Shown here: piece after piece, positions 29,969 through 43,697 of the stretch
Position numbering within the stretch: the first letter of the stretch is position 1
How the letters are laid out: each line of letters starts with the position of its first letter
Notes under the pieces: generated by a model
What the model saw: the letters and a program-made list of their open reading frames with translations, nothing else
Database searches by the model: none
What the model was told of the DNA's origin: nothing
Position numbers and translations under genes: made by a program
NCBI GenBank assembly: GCA_012295275.1
Contig: CM022669.1
Coordinates: 4,650,001 to 4,714,000, forward strand
Reading direction: 5' to 3'
Origin: Chrysomallon squamiferum
Taxonomy: Eukaryota > Animalia > Mollusca
DNA: 64,000 bases

Positions 29969-31032
29969 GTTAACATAACCTGGCATGAAAACTAATAAAT
30001 AAATAAATATGTAAATATGTAAACAAACAAACAAACAACATATATATATATATAAGCTATTTATTATAAAAGTTGCTACTAAGATCAGTTTGTTTGACAG
30101 TTTTTAAGTGCTATAAAATATCTATTTTAAAGTTGACTGATGTTAAAAACATTTCTAACTTGAAGATGTGAGAAAGAAATGCTATGACTGGTGTTTCTTA
30201 CAAATTAGCAGAAAGTAATATTTTATACAGACCTGCCAAGAATGAGGAAAACACTAACAAAACAGCAGCAAAACCAGGAAATGATAACAAAATCAAGTGC
30301 AGTATAAATTAAACTACATTTCTTTTGATTATTGGTCTGACTTTTATGTACAGGCTTTCATTATTTTTATCCTGCACAAAAATACATGTGTGTGTGTGTG
30401 TGTGTGCGTGTGTGTGCGTGCGTGCATGTGTGTGTGTGCATGTGTGTGTGTGTAAAATGGAATGCATGTTCTATACATCTGTCCAAATGATCTATTATAC
30501 ATGGCAACCTTCACATTAACTTCTTGCATATTGAGTGATAGATAGCATTGTAAAAAGGAAAATGTTAACTTCCATGCATTTTCATGGGTGGCACACATTT
30601 TTCTCGTAATTTATTATTAGCAATGAATGGATGAAAGTACAAATAAAACAATGTCATACTAAAAATATCTTCTAAAAATCTAGTTAGGTTGTTTATTTTT
30701 GTCATCACTAATAAATATAAATAAGTAAAATATTAATTACATAATAAATAAAACTATTTACATCTTTTTCATGTCATTTAAAACAGCACCAGCAGCATTA
30801 TTAACAGTATTATCATTTATTAAATGTTCATTAAATATACAGTTTCTGTGGTAACAAAATATTATTTTCTGTTTCTTTGTCTGTTGACACAGACAGGCAG
30901 AGATGTCTGTCTCTATTTTATCAGAGTCTACCTGTATATCTGTCTACTGTCTAACATTTTGCCTATCAGTCCATCTCTCTGTCTATCTCTTTATCTCTGG
31001 TGTCTCTTTCTTTCTTTTTCTTTCTCTTTGTT

Positions 31033-31075
<43 letters not shown>

Positions 31076-32585
31076 CCCCCCCCAGTTCTTTCTCTCTCTG
31101 GAAAACCAATAACAATAACAAAACATGCTGAAGTAAAATGCACTATTACCCAGACTAAAACAATCAGCAATAATCTGTTTTTGAATCACCAGAGCTCACT
31201 AAATATTAAACTATTTTCCCAGACAAATGCCAGTATTTTTGTTACCTTTTAACAGCAGCAGAAGATGTTAGAGATAATGCAGATTAAATGAAAGATGCAT
31301 CAAGGTGTGCTGACAATAAAAACAGAAAGCATTTATTAAGGTATTAACGCATTTGTCAGATGCAGTTTTTACCTTTAGGAAAATCTCAAAATAAATATTT
31401 AAACAAATGTGAACTTTTAAACCAAACACACTGTTGGTTTAATGGAAGAATGGTTTTATTTTTAATTATTTTATTATGTTAAAATAAGATGGTAAAGATA
31501 TACCGACATTATTTCTTTTGTCATTGTCATTACCATCATCAACATAGTAATAATAATAATAATAAAAAGTATTTAAAATTGCCTTTATAGTGTAAATAAC
31601 AGACATTTTAGTGCATAATAATGTGTCCTAAATACATTTGGTATATTTCCAATTGATTTTCAATGTCCAGCCTTTGATAATTTGATAATAATATAAATAA
31701 TCTACATAGATGAGAAAGTATATCCACAGTCCTTGACAATCCAAATGGCTCTCTGGTTCGAACAGGAATTTTAACCATTGAGTAGTAATAAGTTATCAGC
31801 AAAACAAAAAAGAAAGTAACAATAATTATTACTGGAATATTTACTTTTCGTAAACCCAAATCTTTTTTTATTTGATTACAGGCTTATACAACTATGGTGT
31901 GTATTGTCTTGTGATATAATTAAGTTTTTTTTGTTTTGACTTTCTTGTTAAGTTTTATTTGATATTTTTCACAGAGTAATACACACATACATGCACAGTT
32001 ACAAAGAAACATACATAAAAATGACACAAACACAAAAACAAGAAAAGTCAGATGCATTCACACAACTGACCAAACGCTAGATGCAGAAATGGTTATTTTT
32101 GGTCAGTTCTAAGTTTGATTTATTATTTTGTTAAAGAAATACATAAAACAGCCAACTGCACAATATATGGAATAATAATAATAATGTTAAAAATCTAAAA
32201 CAAAAATTACAAAACCCAGTTTAACAATTGATATACCTTACATTTCATTTTTTTCTGAATCATTCATTCAGAAAAATGTCAAAAAATAACAGCACAAACA
32301 ACAACAACAACATAATGATAATAATAATAATGATGATGACTGTGATGATAAGTAAATTTTAATTTTTTTCTGGATGTTTATTACATATCAGTAAACAAAA
32401 TGTGAATAAATTTACATATTTGCATTTTAAAGTATTATTGTGATAATTGTTATTTTTGCTGTTCAGCACAACTGTTCTACAACTATGGTAAAAATTTAAA
32501 TCATACCCAGTACTCAAAGGGGCAAAACTCTAGATTACAAATCAACATGAATACTGGCAGAGTTATTTGGAAACCAAAAGAAAGG

Positions 32586-32628
<43 letters not shown>

Positions 32629-33242
32629 TAATAACATTAATAATAATAATTAGTAGTAGTAGTATTTTATTATTACAAATTATTAATATTATTATTATTA
32701 GTTTTATAATCAAAGATATCACTGCCACTTTCTGTACTACTATGAAACAATAATTTTCTTATAGCCTTCCATCTTTTCCCCAAAATAAATTAACAGATTT
32801 CTACTTTATAATTATTACAGTATATTTAATACAGTTACATAAATCATTTCTGTTTATAACAGTTTTTAATCCTAAAACATTAGTCAACTATTTTGTTTTT
32901 CACCAACAAATAAACCAGATGTTAGAGAAAGAGTGTTATCTTTTCCAATAAGCTTTTTACCATCAAGTTATTTTCATTTATGTTTTCCACACATTACATA
33001 ATAATAATGAAAAGAATGAAAACATTTAAATGAGTATGTAATAATCATGTTGGGAATAACGGACTGAATGAATATTTATATAATAATAATTCAACAGATT
33101 TTAATATTAACTGTTAGAAGGTGTCAAAACTTGTGTGTCATTAGTTATGATGATGTGATAAAAAAAAACTACAATTATCACATTTATATGTTCTTACCAA
33201 ACTAACTGTTAGTGAAAGAGAAAATGGGAGAAACATTCCTTT

Positions 33243-33375
33243 AACTATCAAAGTCAATGAACAGAGATTTAGAGAAACATTTTGAAACACTATCAAAGTC
33301 ATTGAACAGAGAATTAGAAAAACATTTTGAAACACTATCAAAGTCATTGAACAGAGAATGAGAGACACATTTTCA
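33243..33375. repeat. ~45-bp tandem repeat, ~3 copies
   Basis: actatcaaagtca(a/t)tgaacagaga...acattttgaaac repeated. Confidence 0.85.
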
Positions 33376-34634
33376 GCACACGAACAAGGAACTGTTTGTT
33401 CATAACAATCTGCAGATAGTACCACTCGATTTTGAATAATTTAAATACCTAATAACATTAAAACACAAACACATTAAAATACTGAGATAGCACTAGAAAG
33501 TGAAAACATTTATTTCCATTGTGGTCTAGTATATAATTTAAATACTCCTTCCTAGGAAAATACAGAGAACCATGTCCATTGAAATAATTATTGTGAAACT
33601 TTAGCTAGAATAGGCAAAGGTCCAGTAACAAAATGTTATACAAAACAAAAATTATTAGACAGAAAGTTATCTTTACAGTAAGTACTAACAAAAAAAAGTG
33701 TTTTGGTATGTACTAATACATAATACTGCTTCATATATTAAATAGTATGGTATGTATTGTCTAGTTATACAAATGTCCACATAAAAATGTAGCATTCTTT
33801 AAGATTATTGGATAACAGGATTGAGATAATTATTGATTAAAACTTACTTTAGTATTTTCCAAGCTAGATAATTATTTACAATTATATGTTACACTTCTTG
33901 TTTTTTTTTAAAATAAATCAGAAAGCAAAATCAAACAGAAAGATAAACAAGTATAGCCTTCAAGGTTTGGCATTTTAAACCTGTGAAACACATTCTCTGA
34001 CATATGACAGACATGATTTACAATAAACTGTTCTGTCTAGCATACATGTGCTTAAAACACAACTGACATACACCTAGCCAAATAACATCTCAAAAGTCAT
34101 TAAAGAAAGACGTTCATTCACTTTTCTCAACATACAGCTGACAAATACAATTACATCTACACACCATTTTGAATTCTTTGATGGGATGTTAAATACACTA
34201 CACATTTTACACAGCACTGGTGAGTACAATAAACAAAGGTGTCATGATGTTCTAAACATACAGACTATCTAACCATTTTATTTCTCTGTAAACACATACC
34301 CAAAGCTTTCATCTCTATGTACAATAATTGATTTATTGTCCCAACTGTAAATGTTTCTTTTATTAAAACACAAGAAGATGAAAAGAGCATTGTTTTATTC
34401 TGATTATCACCTGCAATAATACAGTATTGTCACCTGTGATATTAAAGAATCAGCCTGTCTGCATTGCATCACTGACAGAGGATGAAAAGCTAATTACTAA
34501 CTATTGTCTGTTTCTGTGTTTAGATGCTTAGTCCTATAAACAGATGATATTAACACCTTCTTTTAAGTCTAACAGGATACTGAGTAAGACATGAATGGAT
34601 TGTATCTAAATAAGCCTCTACCATATTTTACATC

Positions 34635-34637
<3 letters not shown>

Positions 34638-34704
<67 letters not shown>
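34638..34704. repeat. (GA)n microsatellite
   Basis: Perfect AG run. Confidence 0.95.
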
Positions 34705-34707
<3 letters not shown>

Positions 34708-35212
34708 TTACTATTTCCATAATCTTTTACATACATTTTTGACAGTGTGTGGTGAAAGTGAGAGCGAGAGAAAATAAAGATAAAAAAAACCACAGAAATA
34801 AAGTCAGCTAGAGAGAATGGTGGATAAAACATTCTTGAATGCTATAAATATTAAGAATACCCATTCTACTATAGACTTAAAAAGAGCTTTTAACAAAAGA
34901 AAAGAATTATTTACAGCAAAAAGTAAAATTTGGAGAAAACTGTTCAAACAATACAAACAATATTACTTAATCCATTTGAATTCATGTGAAACAAGCAGTT
35001 GTTAGTAAAGATACACCTACTCCAGAGAGAGAGGACTCGAGTTACTTTTGGAAGATTTACTGAAGGTGTCACAAATCTTGCTGAGCAGTTTTTTTTTCTC
35101 AAAAGAATATAATCTAGACTTATTTCACACCCAGGTTTTACTGTATTATCATATGTCCAAATATTTCTGTCCAAGTTAGAATGGGTTAAAGAGTTTGTAA
35201 ATAAAGACTTAC

Positions 35213-35266
35213 CTGAAGCTGAATACTTGGATTCTTGAACTCAAGTCTTCGTTTCAGATCTTCCAT
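35213..35266 (-). CDS. FOCAD: Focadhesin-like gene, first coding exon only (exon 35315-35213, ATG at 35266); remainder not found in window
   Basis: Minus-strand exon with acceptor tttatttcag and donor CAG|gtaagt encodes MEDLKRRLEFKNPSIQLQ. This matches the recalled human FOCAD N-terminus MSDDIRKRFEFPNSLIQSQ without gaps and ends in phase 0 at the equivalent Gln. A candidate upstream exon ends at 36725 (donor gtaatt). Only 18 aa support the call. Confidence 0.6.
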
Positions 35267-36159
35267 TGCAATATCAGATTTCACTGCTCTAATGTATTTG
35301 ATTGAGAAAATGATTCTGAAATAAATAAATAAATAAATAAATAAATAAGCAAGTTAATAAATAAATGAGTAAGTAAATAAAGAAATAAATAACTGAGATA
35401 TAAATAAATGACTAACTAAATAAGTAAATAAATAAACAAATGAGTAAGTAAATAAAGTAATAAATGAGTAAGTAAGTAAACAAACAAATAAATAAGTAAG
35501 AATATAAATAAATAAATGAGTAAGTAAGAATATAAATAAATAAAGGAATAATCAATCATAGACAACAATAAGACTAACAACACAAGAAGGAAGATAGAAC
35601 CACAGACAGCCAAGTCCAACAACAATTCCAAAAAAAGAAAAAGGAAATGAATGTTCACTCACAGAACATCAAATTGTTTAAACTACCAACCCTCAATATA
35701 ATATTTTATTCTCATCTAAACACTATACATTTAACAACAACAACAAAAACAAACAAAAAATAAAAATTAATAAAAAAAATAAATCATTATAATAAAATTT
35801 CCTAATAATAACTTTTTACGATTTTAATGACATTTGGGGTTGTTGTTTTTTTTAAATTTTGGGGGGGTAGGGCTAGATTATCTAAGTGATGTTTAAGAAG
35901 AGCATTAATTATATATGGCATTAAAATGGTGAACTTTATAATATAAGTGGCATTTCAAAATATTTTTTATCCACTGCTGTAAGGTGCATATCATGTCTGT
36001 ATTGATAATTTAACTGTCACACTATTGGAAATTCTTACTGACTCTCCGAGAATAAAAAAATATATTTCTTAAATGCACCGGCAGGGAAGAACATACCAAG
36101 ATTTGTGTTTAAATAAGAAATATTCTGTTTTAAATAATGAGTGTACAGGCACATGAGAT

Positions 36160-36275
36160 ACAACTGGTCACTGGATCAGTTCTACACTGAGGGCTCTCCT
36201 GGCGTATTTCCAATTCTAGCCCTTGTTCCATGCTTATTATATCCCAGGCTATGTTATGTGCATTCCTGTATCTGA
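36160..36275 (+). mobile_element. Degenerate SINE-like remnant (central domain)
   Basis: ggatcagttc...gggctctcctggcgtatttccaattctagcc...tatatcccaggctatgttatgtgcattcctgt resembles the recalled gastropod SINE core (gggctatttc..ttccagcca..tatatcaaaggc..ggtatgtgctatcctgt). Related short pieces at ~6452-6500 and ~451-485. Confidence 0.4.
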
Positions 36276-36989
36276 TATTATACAATATACAAGAACATTA
36301 AATGGTAACTGCAAATAATGGCCCAGAAAATATTGGCAACCTTCTTCTGTTATGTAATCATAATTATGTGTGTGACACCTAATAACCGATACTAAAATGT
36401 TTTTTGTATAGTTATCATCATTTATTAATTTCCTCAGAGAGAAACTATATGTCAGTATATGCTAGTTCAATATGATTTTCATCTCCTTTATTACTACTAC
36501 TAGTACAAAGTCTAACGATTTTTTATTTATGATCATGAAACCGAAACTTACTAGTTTAAGCAGTCACTAGTAATACTAATAGAACACGTACACGGTACAG
36601 TAGTAGGACTTACACTTAGTCTTAGAATATGACTTTTGAGTGACATATTAACACATTACATTTTCATTAATATTATTAGATTACAATAACACTTTTTCTA
36701 TTACATGACAATAAATGAAATTACCCATTTAATATTGTTTGTGTTATAATGGGTAAATCATTCTATTTCTGAAGCATGTCACCATGTGTTATTGTTTTTA
36801 CAGGAAGAACCAAAAGAGCATTATGGGATTGATAAAAATAAATACATTTCTAAAATATAACATTTTAAATATTTATTTTTATTAAAATTTATTTGTTACA
36901 GATAAAAATTAAAACGTATACAATATTTAAAACAAATATTTTACAAGTATTAATTTTATGTTTTCCTTAGATACCATCAACAACTTTAC

Positions 36990-37051
36990 CCAATAAATGA
37001 CTTGTATGGTAGTCGATTTAACCAATCGGAGCTGAGCCGCTTGTATTTGAA
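36990..37051 (+). promoter_or_regulatory. Cyclin B G2/M promoter: two CCAAT boxes 32 bp apart plus CDE-like/CHR element
   Basis: CCAAT at 36990 and 37022; GCCGCT-TGTA-TTTGAA at 37036-37051 (CHR = TTTGAA), about 130 bp upstream of the ATG. Confidence 0.7.
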
Positions 37052-37182
37052 AGAATTTGACACACTGAGCATGTCTGTGATTTGAGTAAGGTTTCCGCAA
37101 AGAGGGAATGTGGCTTTGGAGATCTTAATTCTTAAACTAAATGCTTACAATCCAGTCTGTCGGAATTCCGGAATAATAAAAT

Positions 37183-40100
37183 ATGGCACTAACAAGACAG
37201 GTTTCGGTAATTAGTTTATGCATTTTTTCATGTTATTGCATTTTCAGTATTTTAGTAAAAAAAAAATTGCAGCTATTTGTTGAACGTGTGTGAACGGGTT
37301 TGTTATACGGCGGCTCGGATTATTTTCATTTTGATTTAATTTTCAGTATGGTTAGTAAATGCGCTTGTAATTCATTGCAAACAGTATTTTATTAAATAAA
37401 TATTTATTTGGAACAAATACAAATTATTTTTACTATATATTTTCTTGTCTATTGTTTGGAAATGATGGGGCAACATAAAAGGGGGGTTGAAACGGGTATA
37501 GACACGTTTTTATAAATGCTAAAATAGTTGACTTGTTGGGTGTCGAAAAGTTCGGCACTTTTTCTTCAGGTTTCCAAAGAAAGGAATAGTATGTTTTGTT
37601 TTATTAATGACTGTTAGGATTTTGTTCGCGTTCGAATATTTAACAAAGGAATTTCTACACCGATTCACTGTTAGTGTGAAAATTTGAACACAAAGTTAAA
37701 TAATATATCTTGTTGTGAATAGCTGTTTGAAGTGTTTCGTTAACATTGATATCTTTATTCATCGTTAAAACGGCATAATTAAATCACTGTAAGGTGTATG
37801 CATGTATTGGTTAAAATGAAAACATTGTAAAATATTCAAATATTTATGACAGACTTGAAATAATGCAAATTCAATTGCATGCTTTTGGAAATGCAATTAA
37901 ACTGCTTTTATCAGAATGTATTGCCGGCAAATATTAAGTTATTTTCATTTCAACTTAGAATGAATAGTACTTGTTTTAAAATTTGGCCAAGTTTGTACGT
38001 GATCATTTGTGTCGACTGAAGTTTGAAATGTATAATATTCAGTTGCATGGTAAAAAATTTACATTTATCAGTTCACATTAATTTCCAACAGGCTGGTTAA
38101 ACTTTCAGATAAATGGTTGTGCTTAAAACATTAAACTGTACTAAATTTGTCAAATAAATAGTTATTTTGATTATAATAAAATAAGGTGATTATTAATTTT
38201 CTTTAACTTTTATTGAAATTAACAAATTACTTCAGATTATATATCAGTTGGGCTAATACACTCTACATTCCACTTGAAAATGATTCTTGATTTCAAACAT
38301 GCTATTTGTATTTCAGTCGCTTATAGGTGAACCTCAGAAATTCACTTCAGCTATGGAGAACACAGATGCTACAGTTTTAAGCAAGACAATGCTGACTAGA
38401 AATGGACACAGGGCAGCTTTGGGCGACATTGGCAACAAAGTGTCAAAGATGACCATTGACCCTGGCAAGCAGGCACTGAAGAAAGAAATCATCCAGCCAG
38501 TCACCAGGCTACAGAAGTCCAAGTTGAAATTGTCAGCACGATCTGCAGAAAAGGTTGGTAAAAATTCATTTTAAAAACTATTTTAAATTCCACTTTGGAA
38601 AATCCAGATGTTATCATTTTGGTTTCAACTGATCAATGTATAAATTTTAATAACTTGTCAAGTACAAATTGTTGAATTAATGAGCAGCCATTTTATTGCA
38701 ACAAGTATGTTTAATATAGTTTGTGTAACTGGAAAGATTAAAATTGGGATTCTATCATAAATTATTGCAAAGTGGTAAGCATGTAACCTGTTTTTAATGT
38801 TACAGGATGAAGCTGCTGCAGTTGTTGTTGAACTTTTGCCATCTGTCGATGTACTCAGTGTTGCAGATCCTATGGACATCAGTGTTGACAAATCAGAAGC
38901 CTTTTCAAAAGCCTTGTTGACAGTGGAAGATATTGACTCAGATGACAAAGATAATCCTCAGCTTGTCAGTGACTATGTCAATGATATTTACCACTACATG
39001 AGGCTGCTGGAGGTAACAAAAATTCTTGCTTTTCAAATACTGAGACATTATGGATGGACAAGTGCCTGTAATGTATGCTGAATGAAAATATAATTTTTAA
39101 TCCTGGATGGTATTAACTAGTTTTGTAAAATGGTTGCTTAGAAAAAATGAGCTTGCAATACTGTAAAATGAAAAACAAATAACCAGGCTTGGACTAACCA
39201 AATGGAATTTTTACTAGTCGATTTCTAAATTGTGTTCAGCCTGCAGCTTATGCACATGTTTCAGTGCACTAAAAGTAGTTGCACTTAGATTAACCTAAAA
39301 TGTATTTTTGATTTTCTTGATATTTTCTCTAGTCAAAGTACGAAGTGAAGGCAAATTACCTTGACAGATGTGAAATCACTGGTAAAATGAGATCCATATT
39401 GATTGATTGGCTGTGCCAGGTTCATCATCGCTTTAGTCTTCTACAAGAAACCCTGTACCTCACCGTCTCCATTATAGACAGATACCTACAGGTAAACATC
39501 TTTTAAATACCTTGTGTGTGGTGGGGGTGGGAAAACCCATTGTTTCCAAATAAAAAAATACATCATTTACTAGCTTATATAGTAATGTTAGTTCTGAAAT
39601 GTAAGTTTGAATAGTCATGTTTGGTAATGTTAAGTTGCAAACTCATTATTGAAATGATCCATTTTTATAACAAGTTGCATTTTGTATTGAAGATTTGCCC
39701 AGTGACAAGAAGCAAACTTCAATTGGTTGGTGTTACAGCAATGTTGGTGGCTTCCAAGTACGAGGAAATGTATGCACCAGAGGTCGCAGACTTTGTTTAC
39801 ATAACAGACAATGCCTACACAAAGGCGGACATTAAAGACATGGAAAGAGAAATTCTCAGGAAACTGGACTTCAGTTTTGGAAAACCTCTATGCTTACATT
39901 TTCTTAGAAGGAATTCTAAAGCAGGTCAAGTAAGTAAAATGCTCAGTGATTGGTTTATTTCTGGATACTGGGGGAAAGATTCATTGTGGCTTTGGTCTGT
40001 AGTTTGTGTGTAGCTCTGTTCTTCATGTTCTGTATCCTCCCCAGCCAATTCGGTAATTGTCAAGACCATGTATATCAACAGATTTGTGCTGGATGTTGAG

Positions 40101-41652
40101 ATACTATTGAATGGTTTTGGAACACTGATAGGTTTTAAATCATACAATGCATACTGTTGAAAAAAACAATCTAGTTGTTGTATTGTCTATTTATCATAGT
40201 AATGACCTGAAAGATTATTTCTGTAGGTCATTTTGGATAAATAATCAAAAATTTGTATTATCATAAATATTACTAGTCAGAAAAAATTGGCAAATGCTGT
40301 AAATCTAAGAAAAATTAAATCATAGTTATGTGCTACACTAGATATATTGCTATTTTAAAGTATACATTTATTCAGGTGTATTAAATTTTGATTTAACCTT
40401 TTTTTTTAGGTTGATGCCATGAAACACACATTAGCCAAATATCTCATGGAACTGACAATCACAGAGTACGACATGGTGCAATATCTTCCATCCCTCATAG
40501 CAGCAGCAGCCCTCTGCCTGTCCATAAAGCTCATAGACGATTCTAAATGGGTACATGCCTAATTACTTCTAAAGTATTCATATTAAAGCAGGTAGAATTG
40601 TTAAATTGGACAGAGGCTTTGTTTTAAAATGGTATGTTTCTTCAAGTAGATTATGAAAACAAATTAATGACTAATAATTTTAATGAGTCATTTTTAAGAT
40701 TATTGAACCACCTTTACTCATAAAACCTGTTACAAACTGTTAATATATTTAGTAACGGTCAAAATTTTGAACATCGGTATGCAGACAAACCAAGTGAACA
40801 TTTGGAACACTTCTGATAAAATTATAAACAATAACTGGACCATTAGATTTTGAAAAACTTGTTTAGTATGAAGATAAATAATAATGTTAATTACATTTTA
40901 TTTTTTTTGTGGGAGGGAACTTTTTGTTTTAGATTGAATAAAATTTATACTTGGAAAAATTACAATTTCAGACGGACACCCTAGCTTACTACAGTGCATA
41001 TGCAGAAAAAGATCTTCAACATATGGTGCAGAAACTTGCGCTGTTAGTTCAAAAAGCAGAGACAAGCAAACTAACAGTAAGTTTTTTTAACATCTAAAGG
41101 AATAGCTTACTAAACAATTACACCTGTTGTTGATACAATATAATCTTCATTAATCAAAATTGTAAAAACTGATAAAAAATGGAAATTGCTGAGATTTCAT
41201 TACCATTGACCTTGTAACAAATGATAGGAAATCTTTTAAACTTCATAAATTCAGTTTTGTGAAAGTTGAGTTTTTCATTAAAAATTCAGTATTGGTATTA
41301 ATAGAAACAACCTGCTAGTTTAAGTCTAAAATAGTTGTGGATAGTTGTTATAATTAAATCACTAATGTTGTGATGCTGCAGATTATGCATGTTAAAAGCA
41401 TGTCAAAACCTGTTTATCTCCTTTCGTTTGTTAGGACATTTCATTATATTACTAGATGTCTATCAGCTATTTATTCAAATTAAGTTTTGAAGAAAAAAAA
41501 AATCTTAATACTTTGTTTCAACTTTCTAACATTTTCATTTTTAGGCTGTGAGAACAAAATATTCCAGTTCAAAATTCATGAAGATCAGCCAAATTCCACA
41601 GTTGAAAAGACCATTGCTTCAGCAACTAGCAAATGGAAGCATGGTATCCTAG
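37183..41652 (+). CDS. CCNB: G2/mitotic-specific cyclin B (405 aa, 8 coding exons)
   Basis: Exons 37183-37206, 38317-38553, 38806-39012, 39333-39491, 39693-39929, 40410-40550, 40972-41076, 41545-41652; all GT-AG, all phase 0, ORF intact. D-box RAALGDIGN; cyclin box [36 protein letters not shown]; HFLRRNSKA; [10 protein letters not shown]. Exon 1 is the least certain. Confidence 0.96.
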
Positions 41653-42120
41653 CAACATCTTCAACTTAAAATGGCTGCAGGCTGTGATAGACATAATAAA
41701 CAATGAAAATGTTTGTGTGTCTGGCTAGTCTTGATGAGCAACTTGGTTATGACAGTTTGTTTTATGTTTTTTAATATGAAAACTTAAAAAATTCAAAATG
41801 TTTCTTTTAGCTTTTAGATTTTAGCCTTTGTTTTATCCGTTGTTTTATCCATTAATATCTGACAACAATTATATCCATAAACTTAACACAACAATCCTTT
41901 AGAGAAAATCACTGTAGAATTACAAACATTTGTAAACTGAGATTTTAGCTGTTTAAAGCAAACTTCATAACCATGTTCGTTCATGCAAGACTAGCTGTCT
42001 GTATGAATGCTGTATTTTTAATTAAAATTTTTTAACATATGAATCATTTTTTTAAGTTATTTTCACTGCCATTATCTTGTATGGATATGGAATAATCATG
42101 TTAGGCAATTTTTAAAATCA

Positions 42121-42177
42121 TTTTTTATATATTACGTATGTTTTATCCATGTAGACATTGTACAATTTGTAAATAAA
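42121..42177 (+). promoter_or_regulatory. Cyclin B 3'UTR module: CPEs, Pumilio element and poly(A) hexamer
   Basis: TTTTTTAT 42121-42128, TTTTAT 42141-42146, TGTAAATA 42168-42175 overlapping AATAAA 42172-42177. Confidence 0.6.
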
Positions 42178-43140
42178 GTTTATATAATAAATTTACCTCT
42201 TGTTTGCTTGTTTGTATGTGAAAAACTGAAGATTCGTTTACTACTGAAATGCAGATATGTCATGATAAAATGCATGTAATACTGAAGTAGTGAATTGCTG
42301 TTTACTAAGAGATGCTGCTAATCTTGGAACAAAAATATTTAAATTCCATGAGCTTGTTTTAGTTTCAAAGGAGAAATGTTGGGCTAAATATTGTTAAAAG
42401 ATCTGTATACTGAGCAGAGTGAATGTTTATGAAAAATCATTTAGGCATTTTCTTGGGTATTATGTGTTCTATATGTGGGGTGATGAGGTGTCGGATGTTT
42501 TTAATTCTGGTATGTACATGGAGTGCTTTGCCAAGATGTATTCCCACAGTCCAGAAGTTTGTTTATAACATTGCCCAGTGTTTTGTATTTCTGCCAGATT
42601 TCTTGTTGGGACTATTTATTTATTAAACCACTGATAGAAAATTAAACTGAAAGCAAAAAAGAAAAACACCTATCACAGTGATATGCCAGACTATTTTGTG
42701 CTCCAGGCAAGACCAACTACTTGCATCCCTCTTTAAAAAATTGCCAATTTCAATTTTTAAACAAAATATTAATCAAAATTGCTTTAACTGTTGAAAACTG
42801 GTAAACTGGTTATGAACTGTCTATAAACTAGTACAAACAATGAACTATTACCTGTATTTTCCATTTATTTTTTTCATAAAACTGACCTTTAAATGTCAGT
42901 GATGCACACCTGTGAGGTCTGTACCATGGGTTTCTTGCTATTTGGCCTTATGGTTGCAGTGGCTATGCATGTAATTATTTACAATAACTATTAAACTGTT
43001 AAATAATGCAACATCATATGCTAAAGCTGAAGCAGGTGGTGAACATTTTGTTAAGAAATAGTCTGCATTCAGTTTTTTTTAAAATAAAAAATACGTAATT
43101 GCTAGATTGATTATATAAACTAGAATTTATTTATTTATTT

Positions 43141-43177
<37 letters not shown>

Positions 43178-43419
43178 GTTAAAAATTGTTATTATTTTTA
43201 GATTATTATTTTAATTAGTTTCACTTGTTTATTTTGAAGTTTTGGCAGAATAGTTTTTAATAAATAAATAAATAAAGTGATTCTTAATGTAACACCCCCC
43301 AAAAAAAACCCTCATAATATGTTGTCCCAAAAAGGACCCCAATAAACCAAATGTTATCATTCGCGACCGTTCAAACTGCATATTGGAAGAAGTGATTATT
43401 TGTACCAGTCAACTAAATT

Positions 43420-43650
43420 ATGTCAGTACTTCAGAGGCTTTGGGGATCTGCTCCGAAAGAAAAGGAACAGCCGATAAAACAAGTAATTAAGCACTGTTAT
43501 ATAATTTGCAGATCAACAGAGTGATCATAATGAAACATTCCAAGATACCTTTATATAAGCCAAAACAACAATACAAAGGCTGATTCTGTTATCAAAACAG
43601 AGGCCCTTGTTGGGATAATTATTTTTAACCAAAACAAACGAAGATTTAAC

Positions 43651-43697
<47 letters not shown>

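Noticed and set aside
31608-35174. Minus-strand ORFs 31608-31859, 33141-33425 and 34944-35174 as further FOCAD exons
   Set aside because: No recognisable focadhesin similarity or phase-compatible splice sites; one is a tandem-repeat translation.
37183-41652. All seven cyclin B introns are phase 0
   Set aside because: As I recall, human CCNB1 has the same pattern and matching 159/237/141-nt exons, so this is ancient conservation rather than novelty (not verified).
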